From Ascidiella aspersa (Eukaryota), in assembly GCA_963924565.1 (NCBI GenBank), contig OZ004609.1, positions 20,522,001 through 20,586,000 on the forward strand: DNA of 64,000 nucleotides, in the 5' to 3' direction. A program made the position numbers and the translations under genes. The notes under the pieces were generated by a model. It was not told where the DNA came from. It did no database searches and worked only from the letters and a program-made list of their open reading frames with translations. Below, one piece after another: positions 26,401 to 39,000 of this stretch; position 1 is the stretch's first letter, and the number at the start of each line of letters is the position of its first letter.

Positions 26401-28186
26401 ACATAGTTGCTGAAATGATTGGTGAAAACAACATAGCGCATAGTTTAGTTATTCGTATAACAGTTGAATTGAATGTATTATCATTCAGTAAAACGACAAT
26501 CCAGTGACTATACTTACCGGCCGTTGTAATGGTCACGTCGATTTCATTGGTCAAACAGGCGGTTTTACAGGCAACTTGGGTGATAGCAGCACTGTCGAAG
26601 TTGATTGTTCCGCTAAAGCACATGGCAGGACCCGTTCGGTTGTCATGGTTACTGCTATTGGTGATGCTGGATCTTGTCAATGAACTTTTACTTGTGGCGA
26701 CCATGAGACGAGTGCTAAGTGCTGTTGGAACGGCTGTACTTGGACCACTGTCCACCGAGTAAGGGCCTCGCGGTGCATTGCAGTTATCGGTTGTGCAACA
26801 GGTTGCCGAACAAGCTCTAAGAGTATATATTCTGCCAGGGTTTGTCTGTTATACAACTCTTATTTAAAAATTCAGAAATGGTAAAAAAAACTTTCAAATA
26901 CAAAAGATGAGCCGTCGATTTTGTCATTTTAATAAACACTGCACCGATGAATTTCCCCATAGGGGGGAATTTTTAAGTTTAAGAGGGGATTTTGACTAAA
27001 TAAAGCACATTCTAGTTGGGGGTTATATTTACGTGCATATATGCATATTGATGAAAGGTATGAGCAGAGCCCAATTCAAAATTTTAACCATGCAGGCCTT
27101 TTTCGCAAGCAAGAAAAAAATTGGGTAAAGTGTACAGTTCCTTATTATTACGTTCAGCAGCATAAGGTGTACTTTACCCCAATCTGGCAGCAATGTTTGG
27201 AGTGCTGCTCTCGAGAAAAAAAAATCGTAATTCATTGCATTGTTTTGTAGAATTGCACATAGATTCCTCGTAGATGCAGTCAAAACTTGTTTCACGAAAA
27301 CTCGGGTAGGCTTAAATCATAAAAAAACCTTAGTTTGTCACGAGTTATTTCACTGAATTCGTAGCTATCTATGAACACCATATCAATTAAAAAGTGCCAC
27401 GGCCTGAAAAGTTTAGGAACCCCTGAGATGTTTCGTACTGAAGGCGCGAATCCAGGATTTTCGCCGATCCAAGATTTTTTTGAGGGTGGGGAGATTTTTT
27501 TAGATGTGGCGTCACAAAGGTTACATCTTTTAACGTAACTTCATAAAAGGTAACCATAAGAGCATACGGTTGGTTTATTTTGCTAAAATTACAGGTTTCA
27601 GATGTGTTCGATTAATACAAAAGCTACATTTTGAAAATGTTATCGATTTACGCAAAAACCGCCTTTATATCGTTTAAGTTGTCAAAACTTTCATTTTAGA
27701 GGGTGGGATGAGGCGCACGACTCCTTTTTTTTAACCATTTCACAAAACAAACATAGGTATACTAGAAACATAATGGAGGTGTGCGAAACAGTTTTACATT
27801 TCCGTGGTTAAAATAGACAAAAAAATGCAGTTTGAGTGGGTCATGGTCACGCGCCCCCCATGGATCCGCCCCTGTTAATAGACCACTAAGGCTATAGCAT
27901 ATTTAAAACTTGTCTTTAATCCTCAGGTTAAGGATTATGGTTAACAGTCTATACTAGAGTTTTCTTATATCAGCATCGGCATAAATGACATAGAATACAT
28001 AATATACGCACCTGTATCAGCTATACTCAGCGTGTATTCGACTCTCAAGCAGCGAAACGGACAGGAAGCAATGAATGTGCTGTCACTATTAAAATTTTTC
28101 ACTCCAATTGTGCAGGTCACGCTAAGCACGAAGTCAGCTGCCGACGATAGAGCAAGAACAGCGTACAACCAATTCTTCATGTTCAT
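20472..28186 (-). CDS. Gene A: secreted protein with 6 tandem 10-Cys Ly6/uPAR (three-finger)-like domains and Thr-rich mucin-like linkers, ~1001 aa
   Basis: 13 exons: 28186-28012, 27310-27178, 26816-26518, 24897-24768, 24486-23990, 23773-23632, 23509-23172, 23083-22951, 22755-22424, 22302-22164, 21915-21584, 21389-21251, 20688-20472. Sum is 3006 nt with alternating phase 1/2 GT-AG introns. Signal-peptide-like N-terminus (MKNWLYAVLALSSAADFVLS). Repeated motif C-[YF]-x-G-x-I-N-F...C-x-T-A-C-L-x-N-E-x-D-V / F-S-F-H-Q-T...C...C...C / N-C-x3-CC-x4-CN. AATAAA on the - strand near 20403-20408. Confidence 0.88.
27441..27873. mobile_element. Probable non-autonomous DNA transposon remnant (Harbinger-like termini) in intron 1 of gene A
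   Basis: Imperfect TIRs AGGCGCGAATCCA... / ...TGGATCCGCCCCT; TSD not clear. Confidence 0.45.
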
Positions 28187-30127
28187 ATTTTTTATAAAAT
28201 CTAATCAGAAAAATAATATCTACCGGTACGACATTCGTGCAGGTGGGGACCCAAAATGTATTCAAAACTTTGTTTTATTGTTATAAACTTATTCTGTTAA
28301 AAGGTGGCGTGAAAGGTATAGTCTGGTTGCTCAAAAGGAGCAAAACAGGTAAGCGACATAAATGAATAATCTTCATCGCAATGAAATGTAACAATGTTAA
28401 AGCTAGTATTCACCTTAGGGCACCGACATTTTCGAGCTAAATCTATATGTTATGCCTAGTGCGACTAAGCCTATTACCTGGCGTTTTCTTAGCTTTTACT
28501 AATTACTAAACTAAAACAATAAACCGGAAAATTAATTTGTAATGGTGAACTGCATATATTTATCTCAAGGCTCGTAGGTTATCTACGAAGTTTGCAGGAT
28601 AATCGTTGTTCATATTTCGCTGCCACCTTTTAATATTTATCAGGTTGCAGCAGTATAACTGCATTTATGACTGAAAAGAAAACCGCATACCGACATTCAC
28701 GAATCTCGAAAAGCGCTTTCAAATATTCTCTTAAATGCGTATTGATATAATTTCAAAACGCATTGCAACGATAATTTGACATTTTTGCGACACTCATTTA
28801 CACAAGGAGAGTTCTTAAAACTTTTTGCTAACACTTTTACTTTTCACTTTATATCACTTCTTGCTTTTTTGCCTTTACATCTTTTTCATTGTCATAAAAG
28901 AGTTTCAAGCAGTACCTCGTTATTACATTGTTAGTTTGAGCCCCTGAGGGACATTCTTTTGGACTCACGTGACTCTGTTAGTTGCTGCAATTTAAGCTTG
29001 GAGTTAAAGGCTGCTGTACTTTTTGCTGTTAAAGAGTTTGGAAAATTAAGTAAATTCGAAAACGGGGAAAATAATTAATTGTGATGTCCAAACAGAGTCC
29101 CAGCCAAAGTTTAAAATAATCGGCAAAATAATGTTTTACCACTACGTGGAGCTATACATCAAACATGTAGATTTGTTTAAAAAATAATACCGCAGTTAGT
29201 AAAAAAATCAGAATACCATACTACACTGGCAAAAAAGAATTTCGCAGCATATCGAGTTAAATGAGCCAGTCTTTAAAGTTACATCTGTGGCTTTTTAATT
29301 TGTGCTGCGTCTTTTTCTTTCGCCGTGTGACTTGTTATCGCGTAACAAAAAAATACCGAAGTGTAAACATCCCGGGGTTGGTTTAAAAGGGATTTTTTTA
29401 TGAAAAACATATTTGTGTATAATTTCACAGCCATAGGCCTTACGTCGTTCCTGCAAATATTTGAAAGCCGAAATTAAAAATGGATTTGACAGGCTTTATT
29501 TATGGTTCCACTTAACATAAGTGGCCTGAGGAGTATATACAAGGCTTCGAATGTTTGCGTCTTCGTCTTACGTCAGGTTTAAGAAACTTTCACCATCTTG
29601 GGCATCTTAGCAGCCTTTTGGATGTTTCAGTTCCCTTTAGCACATCTAGACCGTTCCTACACACAATTTCGCCTAACATTAGCATGGTATGATTTATCAC
29701 AATAACTATGTTGTCATTTTATGGCATGGTTTCCAGAGATGTTACGAATGGCGCACCAAACTAAAATGTCACTAGCAAGGGTATGCTTCTTCATTTTATG
29801 TTTTACCATAAACAACGTTAACCGCTTGGTGTAGATTTGAAAGCAGAACAATTTTCCTTGATTATTTGTATATGTTGTTGCGTCCGCTTTTATACATAAA
29901 AGTAAATTATGTAGGATTTTATAATTTTTTTCTAAAATACTTTAGAAAGATTCCTAAGCGATGAAATTGATTTGAAATTTGGATATATATATCCTGGCTT
30001 GTAATTACATAATGTTATAAGATTTATAAAATTATTTGTGGCAGAGTTTAATCTAGCCCGGTGTCGGACATAGTGTTAAAACACATTAATTACTTTTTTT
30101 TCCAGTTTTAAGAATTAAATATTTTAG

Positions 30128-30801
30128 TAGGGCGATTATTTTTTGACCAAAAATATGAGAAATTTTGACCTGAAAAATTGACATTTTGACAAATTTTGAC
30201 ATAAAAAAATATTTTTTTGGACAAAATTTTGACCTATTAGATATAAATTGATTAAAACGACATATTTTGTTTCAAGTATTGCATTGGTGTCTTGGCATCG
30301 TTAACCACACGTTTTTAATGCTTATCTGACTACTACTGGTCGAACACATCAGTTATATTTCGGGTTTATGGAAAACTCATGAAAATGCTTAGTTAGGCTC
30401 CAATTTTTGTCATTTCAAAAAGACCTGGTTATAATAAAATGCTGTGTAAATAGTTGAAATACAACGTGAACATAACTAATAACAAAAATCTAGTATATTA
30501 TTGGAATAGTAAATGGAACTTCATGAGGCCTGCGTGGTTATTTCTGCTGGCTCGCGTATGTCGCATATTATCATAGTGAAGATTTAATACACTTAAAATG
30601 TCATTGAATATAATTCAACACTAATTTATTTCTGATGGACAATTTTAAAAAGCTGCACATAGTTTTTTTTTTAATTTTATAAGTGATTTATATGTATTTT
30701 TAATCGATTTTCATATGAAATAATTTTGACAAATCTTGACCTAACGTGCAAATTTTGACAAAATTTTGAGTTTTTTTGACAAGTCAAAAATAATCGCCCT
30801 A
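30128..30801. mobile_element. MITE between genes A and B
   Basis: TIRs TAGGGCGATTATTTTT(T)GAC / GTCAAAAATAATCGCCCTA with repeated TTTTGAC subterminal motifs; TSD imperfect. Confidence 0.75.
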
Positions 30802-31719
30802 GTCATTAGTATATTTCTAGCAATAATGTACAGAAACTTATACATTCTTATCTACTCTGCCATGGATATATACAAAATACAGAGCCGATATGAAGGAAGC
30901 ATATGAGCTAATATTGGATGGTTTGTTGAGGCTTATCTCGTGCGGTATACGGAGGAAATTTCTGCACGTCTTTTTGCGCCTGGGGTGGTTTTGGTTCCCA
31001 GTTGCACAAATGGTTGTTTTCCAAAAGTCTCGCAAAACAAGTTGCTGCAAAACACTTTAGATTAAAAATATGAACGTGAATGTCTGACAGTATCAGCTTT
31101 TATGTAACATTAATATTTCTGTTATTAAGTGTACAGTTATAAGGGACAACCTTCTTAACACATTATAAAGGACGTTATTAGGGTACATACATCACAAACA
31201 TGAGGTTATTAAACATGAAATTATAGACTTAAATGTATCGCAACCCTAATATTATAACATCCTTGTAAAAGTTTTACTCACACTCTTTAGTTCGTGTTAA
31301 ACTTATAGGGACATCGTTCAACAGTCAACATTTTGACTAATCTTTTTGTTTGATTTAGGTTTTTACTTCCGTCATCACACTTGCGAAAACGTTCATTTTT
31401 TCCTGAACATATAAGCAGCTATAAGCGCACTCCCAAATTTGGTGATGATTGCAACGTTTATCACGTGCAGATTATTATCAATCGCATTTCTGCACTTTCT
31501 TAAAACGCCTGAGGTGGTTTTACTTCTTCATGGCAGCATAAGACTGATGGTTGATTTCAACAGGATTAAGTTGGCAGCATCGGCATGCGTCCGATCGTAA
31601 AAGGCGTAGCATAACCTTTGTTTGGAAACACACATAAAAAGCGACAATACCTAAAGCAGAAAAATCTATATAAACCATAGTATTAAGACTAACGACCTAA
31701 TTAAGCAAAATATGCAGTA

Positions 31720-32165
31720 ATATCCATTACAGAATAAGATCGAAAAGTTCTGAATAAGACTTAAATCTGTTGGAATACGTCCTAAATCCACTGGAATAAG
31801 GCTCAAATGGCCAAAATAACGTCTGAAACTGTAGGAAGAGGGTATGGATCGATCGGGGGCCGTAGGTCTGGCATCGGTTGGTTTGGTGTCGACGTTTGGA
31901 CGCCCTAGTTTGACCGGGGTTGTTAGGGTGCCGCTGCTTTAGCATTGATTTTTTGGCCCTGTTTGGGGTTATTGGTGGATAGTGTGTGGGGTTAGAAAAA
32001 GGGTTACGGTTAAAATAAGCAAAGGAGCTCGTTATGTACTTAGGGGTGGGGTTTGGGGTTAGATAAAATGTTGTTTAGCCTGATTCTGGCCATTTAAGTC
32101 TTTTTCCAACGGGATTATGATTTATTCCATTTTAGACGGTACTCAGACTTAGTCCTACTTATTAA
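31720..32165. repeat. Interspersed repeat with inverted subterminal GAATAAGAC/CTAAAT arrays and a GGGTTA-rich core; related copy in opposite orientation at ~37115-37530, fragment at ~44040-44180
   Basis: The shared motif AAATGGCCAAAATA and the GGGGTT/AACCC-rich cores recur in these locations. Confidence 0.55.
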
Positions 32166-33087
32166 AAACAGCAGCACTGTCCCATTTTTAGGCCATCCCA
32201 ATAAAGACAAAAACTATAGTCCTTAAGACTCCACAATAGAGATAAACTATCTAGCGTTGTGTAGGTGCAAAATAACTAAAAGGCACCTGTGACGCACGGC
32301 CAACGTGGCAATATGCGAAAAACTGTGATAATGCCTTTTTTGCGCCATGAAAGGAAAAAATCAAAGTCCTCATAAGTCTTGAATAATTTCGTTGTGTTGC
32401 AGACTATGCATTTTCGGGCAAAAAGTTTAAAGCTTTCGTGGTAGTGGGCTGTACAATTCCCCACAGAAAGGTGTGGTAGTTTGGGCAGATAGCGTTATGC
32501 GAAAAACACCGCATTTGACCAATCATGAAAGTTGTATGTTGGATCGTTCTGATAAGAAATTTATTCTACTTTATCTCCTGGCTAATAGCAAACCCATTTC
32601 GTTTAACTGAGAAGTTTAATTGAGTAAATCAGATTTGAGATCGCATCTATTTAGGTCATAATTTTTTCTAATCATGTCATTTATTTTTTAAGGGTTAAAC
32701 ATATTAGAGAAGAACGTAGGGCGACGGTAAAACAAAAGCTTAAGGTATTGTCATAGACGTTCGAGTCACAATTGTTGAGGAATTATTCCAGGATCCAGGG
32801 GTCACGTGATAATTCCCCTAAACTATAAACGCAATTCTTGTTTGAATACTAAATATGTTTCACCCAACTTTGAGAAAATATTTTCCAGCCCAAAGACGCC
32901 GTGTGTACCAAGGCGCTCTGCAAAAATGTTTAACTCACATATCTGTATTTAAATGTACTTTTTTGCGCTTCGCGCAGATGTATCTATGGTCTATTAAACT
33001 TAAATATAATATTAAAGTACGAATGGTAAACTAGTTGGATGTATTGGTATACCAAATAATCGTTTTCCTTAGGTTAATAAGACCAAA

Positions 33088-36000
33088 ATGCACTACTTCC
33101 TGTACGTAGTCGCTCTCTTGTTGTCCTCGATCGAATGTTCGCTCGCAATAATTTGTAGATCGGGAGTACAAAACTTCAACTCTGGCGAAGTTAATTCTGT
33201 AACATGTAGTTCTGTGACCCAACGCTGTTATAGGACGGAGTATATTGTGGATGTTACAAATACAGGTACGTGCTATCATTCCTACCAATGCAAAATATAG
33301 GACAACTATATACAAAGCCCACCGTTAGCCCGAGTTAATTTTCTTTTACCACGAAATACCGTAAATTATTGTATTTGTATCGAAGTTGTAGTTTTTTTTT
33401 AGTATAAGCGTGTCTCGCTTTAATAACCAGATTTTTATATTAAAGCCAATCCCACAAACTTTCGGCAAACCAGTTACGGCTGCGTGTTATCGCCACAGAC
33501 TTGCAATTCTGCAATAAGGTGCGACAGTTTGAGTAAGGCCTTTCGTGAAAACAACACGCCCGGTTTAACTTTGAGCATAAGGTATGTTTACTTTGATTTA
33601 AGTTCGGTTTGACTTTATAGTTATTTAAAGGAAATGCTTTATGTTTTTATTTAAAAATGAAGCTGATGTTTAAAAGGTTTTAGATATAATTTAAATTTTT
33701 TCCATGTGTTTAATTCGTTTTTAAAGTAACCCAAAAACACTGCTATCAAAATACATGCCCTCTTTTTTAAACTCTTTAGAGATTGTTCGACAAGCTGTTG
33801 CAACACCGATAACTGCAATGCACAACGTGGTCTTTATGCGGTGAACAGTGGCTCACGCACAACTGTTCCGCCAACAATCAGCACTTTGATGGTCGCCACA
33901 ACAACCAGCACTTTGGCAAGATCCAGCGCCACCATAAGCAGCAATCCTGTCAACCAACCAGGCTCAAATATGTGCTATAGCGGAGTGATTAACTTTGCCA
34001 CAAAAAAAATAACTCAAGTAGCTTGCAAAACCAAATGCTTGACCAATGATATTGACGTTAACGCAGCGACGAACGGCAAGTGCAATAAAACTATTGATCA
34101 GTTAAATTTAAATTACAAGTACATGTAAAAAAATTGTATTGCGTGTTTTCATTATCGTACTTTTTAAAGCCGGTGGATAATAATGCTATACGAATTTCTA
34201 AACTTTTTCAAAAGAAAGTTAATCAATATACTTGGGTACACTATGCACGGATCTGTAATGTAGCTTGATAATGAATTGCAAAGAACGAACTGAACGTTGA
34301 CACCTTATTAACACCGCTGTACCTGTTCAACACCTGAAGGTGCTAAATAATGCCCCTACTTTTGAAACTCAGATTGATAACAATTGCGTCCCATCTCCTA
34401 TAAGTGATGCTTGAAATGCTTTTCAGTCGCATTAACTAAAGATTATACAAGCTCGTGTCAAAACGTCTTAATCAAGATGCTGTTGATTTACTCGACCTTT
34501 TTGGCTTTGCAATTTATTATAAAGTTAATCAGATGTGTAGAATATCACATCCTGTCTCACGATATGTTGGAAAGGTAGAAATAATGTGTAAATAAGTATT
34601 AGCTATCAAGCTATGCATCACTGTCACCAGCGGGGGGTTTATCGCCATGTTGATAGACCAGGCGTAAGCTTGGGCTATTTGTTAAGAAGAACTTTTCTGT
34701 TGCAGGAATATCATTTTCCTTCCATCAGACTTCTTTTTCATGCGCATCCAATTTAGACGATTGCGACAACCAACGTCGCTTTTGCAACACAGTTCGAAGA
34801 GAACTACAAAAAGCCCTTCCGATATCAATAGACGTCTCTGTTATGTAAGTGCATTTAAAATAAAAACAAATTGTATCACATGAAAATCACTTATTCGGTA
34901 ATGTTTGATAAAATTAAACATGTCAGAATACGTTATTTTGTTTTTTAAAAGAAACTGTCGAAACAAGTGCTGTACCAAGTCGCTGTGTAACGCCAGAGAT
35001 CCTTCTCTTACGTACAAACGCTTAGATGGCCACATTCTTCCAAACGCTGACTTCAATGTCGCTGCAACTACTGCCAGAACAGTAGAAACTATCACGACTA
35101 CAACAATAGCACCAACTACAACGAACACTAATGTCGTTAGAAGACCTTTGTCCTGTTACTCGGGAGCAATCAATTTTGCCGTAAACAGGCCGCTAACCAA
35201 AGTTTCATGCTCAACCGCCTGCTTGACAAACGAAATAGACGTCAACTCCGAAGTAAATGGTAAGTAAAAGGTTAACATATTGTGATGCTATTTTGTGATT
35301 TTCGTTCATAAAATTAAAGAAAGAAGGCCTTCGTAAGCTTTTAATTTCAAGTTAATAAGGTGAACAAATACTTCTATGCCAAAGAATATATCCAAATAAC
35401 GCAGCCGATGATATGTTTGTGAATGTAAATAGTAGTCCTATATTTAAACGAAACTTTCTCGTATTTTTTTTTTCGATGTCGTAATTATTGCGTATTGAGA
35501 TCGTTTTTTCAAAAGTTGGCAAAACATTGTTGTAAACCAAACATTTTAAAATACTTAAGTTCCAGTCAAGCCACTTTTAAAACAACTTAAGATCAATTTA
35601 TTTGCAAAAAGTAGTATGTCAAGTCTACGCCAGTTAAGTCAAAGTCAAATCCTGGACATCGGTAATAAAGTTCGTATAAACTCGCCCAATCCAGATCAAT
35701 CATTCAATTAGCAAACAACAACAAAAACAGAGCAAGGAAAACATGATTATTCTTCAACAAACATATTAAAATTATTGTGTTGAAGTCAAGTTATGCTATA
35801 AAGACAAATCTCAAAGTCAGTCATTTCTACAAAAAACTCCACAAGTTAAGTCACGTTGCACAGAAGACATAGTCAATTTAAGTACTTTGTTTGGTTTAAT
35901 TATTGTCCTAAAACCCCTTAAATTTTCTTATGCATTTGAAACAAGAAGTGACGGAAATCTACCTTTTTTCTCAGGGTTCAAGTATTCTTTTCATCAAACC

Positions 36001-39000
36001 GTTTTTTCATGCGTATCCGATGTGGCCGAATGCAACGATCACAAACGCTATTGTGACGGAGTTCGCAGTGACCTAGAAAAAGCCGGTTTGAAAGTCTCAG
36101 TGGTGTGAGTATAAAACGTGTTCTATCAAATTCGATTGAAAAAGATGTGCAACCTTTTATGCCGACGAGCCAAATACGCGTATTCGGATTAGACCGCAGA
36201 CCAAACGGATTTCTTATCGTTTATATCAGATTACCTTACCACAGGGGTTCTTTAACTTTTTCTAACGCGGACCCCTAACACTTTTTTTGGCCTCGCGTGG
36301 ACCACAATAGGCAATTTTTTTTTTAAATGACGTCATGAATTTACGTCACAATACAAATAGACTTTTTAAGTCTGCTGATTTCGGTCCAAAAATGTGAAAG
36401 GGTGACGGAGTTTAATGCATTCAGTGCAATACCGGTTTATTTTTGATTAAACTGTTGTGTTTGTAAAATTGATTACTTCTTAACTATACACTAATATTTC
36501 AATTAGGCCTTCATAGACCCCTAAAACTAGGTGACGGATCCCTAAGGGGTCCATGGACCCCAGTTTAAGAACCCCTGCCTTACCAGAAAGGCTGTCAAAA
36601 ATATTCTTTATTGGTGTCTGCAAAAAATGCTCACCCACGAATGTTTTTTTTTATTTTAAAATCTAACGTAGATCGTACTTGGCTTAGCTATACGTTGGCA
36701 ACAGTGTGTTGGAAAACTAATTCATTGTTTTACTTGTTATTTCATTTTATAGTAACTGCAAAATCAAATGCTGTTCCACGCCATTGTGCAACACCAGAAA
36801 TCCTTCTCTTGCGTACAAACGCCTGGATGGCCACATTTCTCAAAACGCCGACTTGTTTGTCGCTACAACCACTGCTATTAGAATCCCAACAACAGTTACA
36901 CCGGCAATACCCTCATTGACGACAATATCGCGCAGCAGTCCTACTTTTTGTTACCAAGGAGCGATCAATTTTGCTGTGAAAGGTCCACTTAAAAAGGTTT
37001 TTTGCCAGACCTCCTGCTTGACCAACGAATTAGACATAAACTCCGAAGCAGGTGGTAAGTAAAGCAGGGACTTCGACCGTAAGACCAAAACTAAAACGAC
37101 ATCAACATCAAAATAAAACACAATTCGGGATAAGACCAAAATCGGACTAATATACCTCGTCTAATCAGAATATGACCTAAAACGGTCGGAATTAGACCTA
37201 AATGGCCAAAATATGACCTATACAACCTTTTTTCTAACCCAAAATCATACCTATAGCTTCATCACCAACTCCAATAATGCCAACCCTTACCTAATGTCTA
37301 ACCCCACCCAGTTTTCGTCCCAAACCCAAAACAGGGGCAAACAATCCGCAGCTCAAAAAGCGGTGCCTCATCACGTCGTTTAAATTATCGTCCAACGCCG
37401 ACACCAAAATGCCCCAATGGTCACACACCCGCTCCCCACAGTTTATGGCGTTACTTAGTCCATTTAGGCGTTATCTGATGATTTAGGACTTATTCAGACA
37501 GGTTTAGGTCGTATTTCAAACTAGTTTAGTTCAAATCTTTTTCACTACAAGTTTATTTAAAGGCCACCGGAAAAAAGTACGCCTTTAAATTTCATGTTAT
37601 ATAACAGAATTCTGCGTACGACCTTTCTTTGAAAATTATTATGTAAGATTTCAACGACACTTTTTACACATCATTTTTTCAGTGTAAAGCTTTTTATAAA
37701 CTGTTTTATTCCGTGCTAAAATCTTAATTGGCTTATGTCAATAATTTTTGAATAGCGATTTATTTAGAATCGAGCAACTTTTGTCAGTGTTTTTATGTTT
37801 TACCTTTCCTCAAGGACTCCTATGACGTATACAGCCTATGGGGGCATTTCATAGAAAATTATACCTATATCTGTCTGAAATATAGAAGTGTGAGTCAATT
37901 CATAATATAAATATGCTTTTAGGGACTAAGTTTTCATTCCACCAAACTTCGTTTTCATGCGCATCCACTGCGGACGAATGTGACAATACCGATCGCACTT
38001 GTAATGCAGTTCGCAGTGAACTACGGAGAAGCGGACTTGACGCCACAGTTTTGTAAGATACACACATGTGCTAAAAAAACTAAACTTTTTGTATTTAATG
38101 CTAAAAAGACAACTTTATGTCAACTTTCTGTGTACGGTTTATAAGCCTTAACCTATTAATGATGATTGATTACTATAGAACAGAAAAATGTATGAACAAA
38201 AAAAACATATAAGGAAATAACAAATTATTGTTTGTATATTAATACTATAGCGTTCGACAGAATTCATGTATCGTCTCCTACCTTCATTTGTACCAACGAC
38301 TTAAAAGAGAAATCAATTTTATATTATAATTCTGCAGAATAAAAAGGTCGTGAACAGTACTTATCTACGAAAGATAGACTAGAACCTAATCAAATTATCG
38401 TGTTGTTGTTATTTTACAGAAATTGTCAGATCCAATGCTGTAGTACGTCGTTATGTAACGCAAGAGATCCTTCTATGATTTACAAACAATTACCCGGACA
38501 CATTGCTCCGAATAATATGGGTCCTGAACGGGCTACGACTACGGTTAAAAGTACCACATCAACGACCACCACGACCCAAAGACCCGCAGTCACAACGACA
38601 GTGTCGGCACAAAACAACCAATTGAGTTCAATTTCTTGTTACAAAGGAGAGATCATGTTTTCCAAACAATTGCCACTAAAAAAAGTTTTCTGCACAACCG
38701 CCTGCTTGAACAACGAGTTGGACGTAAATGCTGATGCGACTGGTAAGCACTGCTACATTTTTTGTATTGTCGCTATTGTTAAAAATCCGTGGCTTGCGTT
38801 ATGTTATTTTTATTTAAAAATATTTAAGCAATAATGTTATTTATAGTTGTTTGTAAAAGTGTCACTGTGATAACTTAAACCGCCGTGCTCACCATTTGTG
38901 TTAATTATATTGTAGGGGTGAAATTATCTTTCCATCATAGCACATTTGGCTGCGCTGAAACTTTGAGCGATTGCTACGACAATGATCGATTTTGCAATGA

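Noticed and set aside
26817-28011. Apparent loss of exon 2 in gene A (which would make it a frameshifted pseudogene)
   Set aside because: The exon is not in the ORF track but is present at 27310-27178 (AYPSFRETSFDCIYEESMCNSTKQCNELRFFFLESSTPNIAARLG), with correct phases and homology to gene B exon 2.
31990-32065. Interstitial telomeric repeat
   Set aside because: Only scattered GGGTTA-like words inside an interspersed repeat, not a tandem TTAGGG array.
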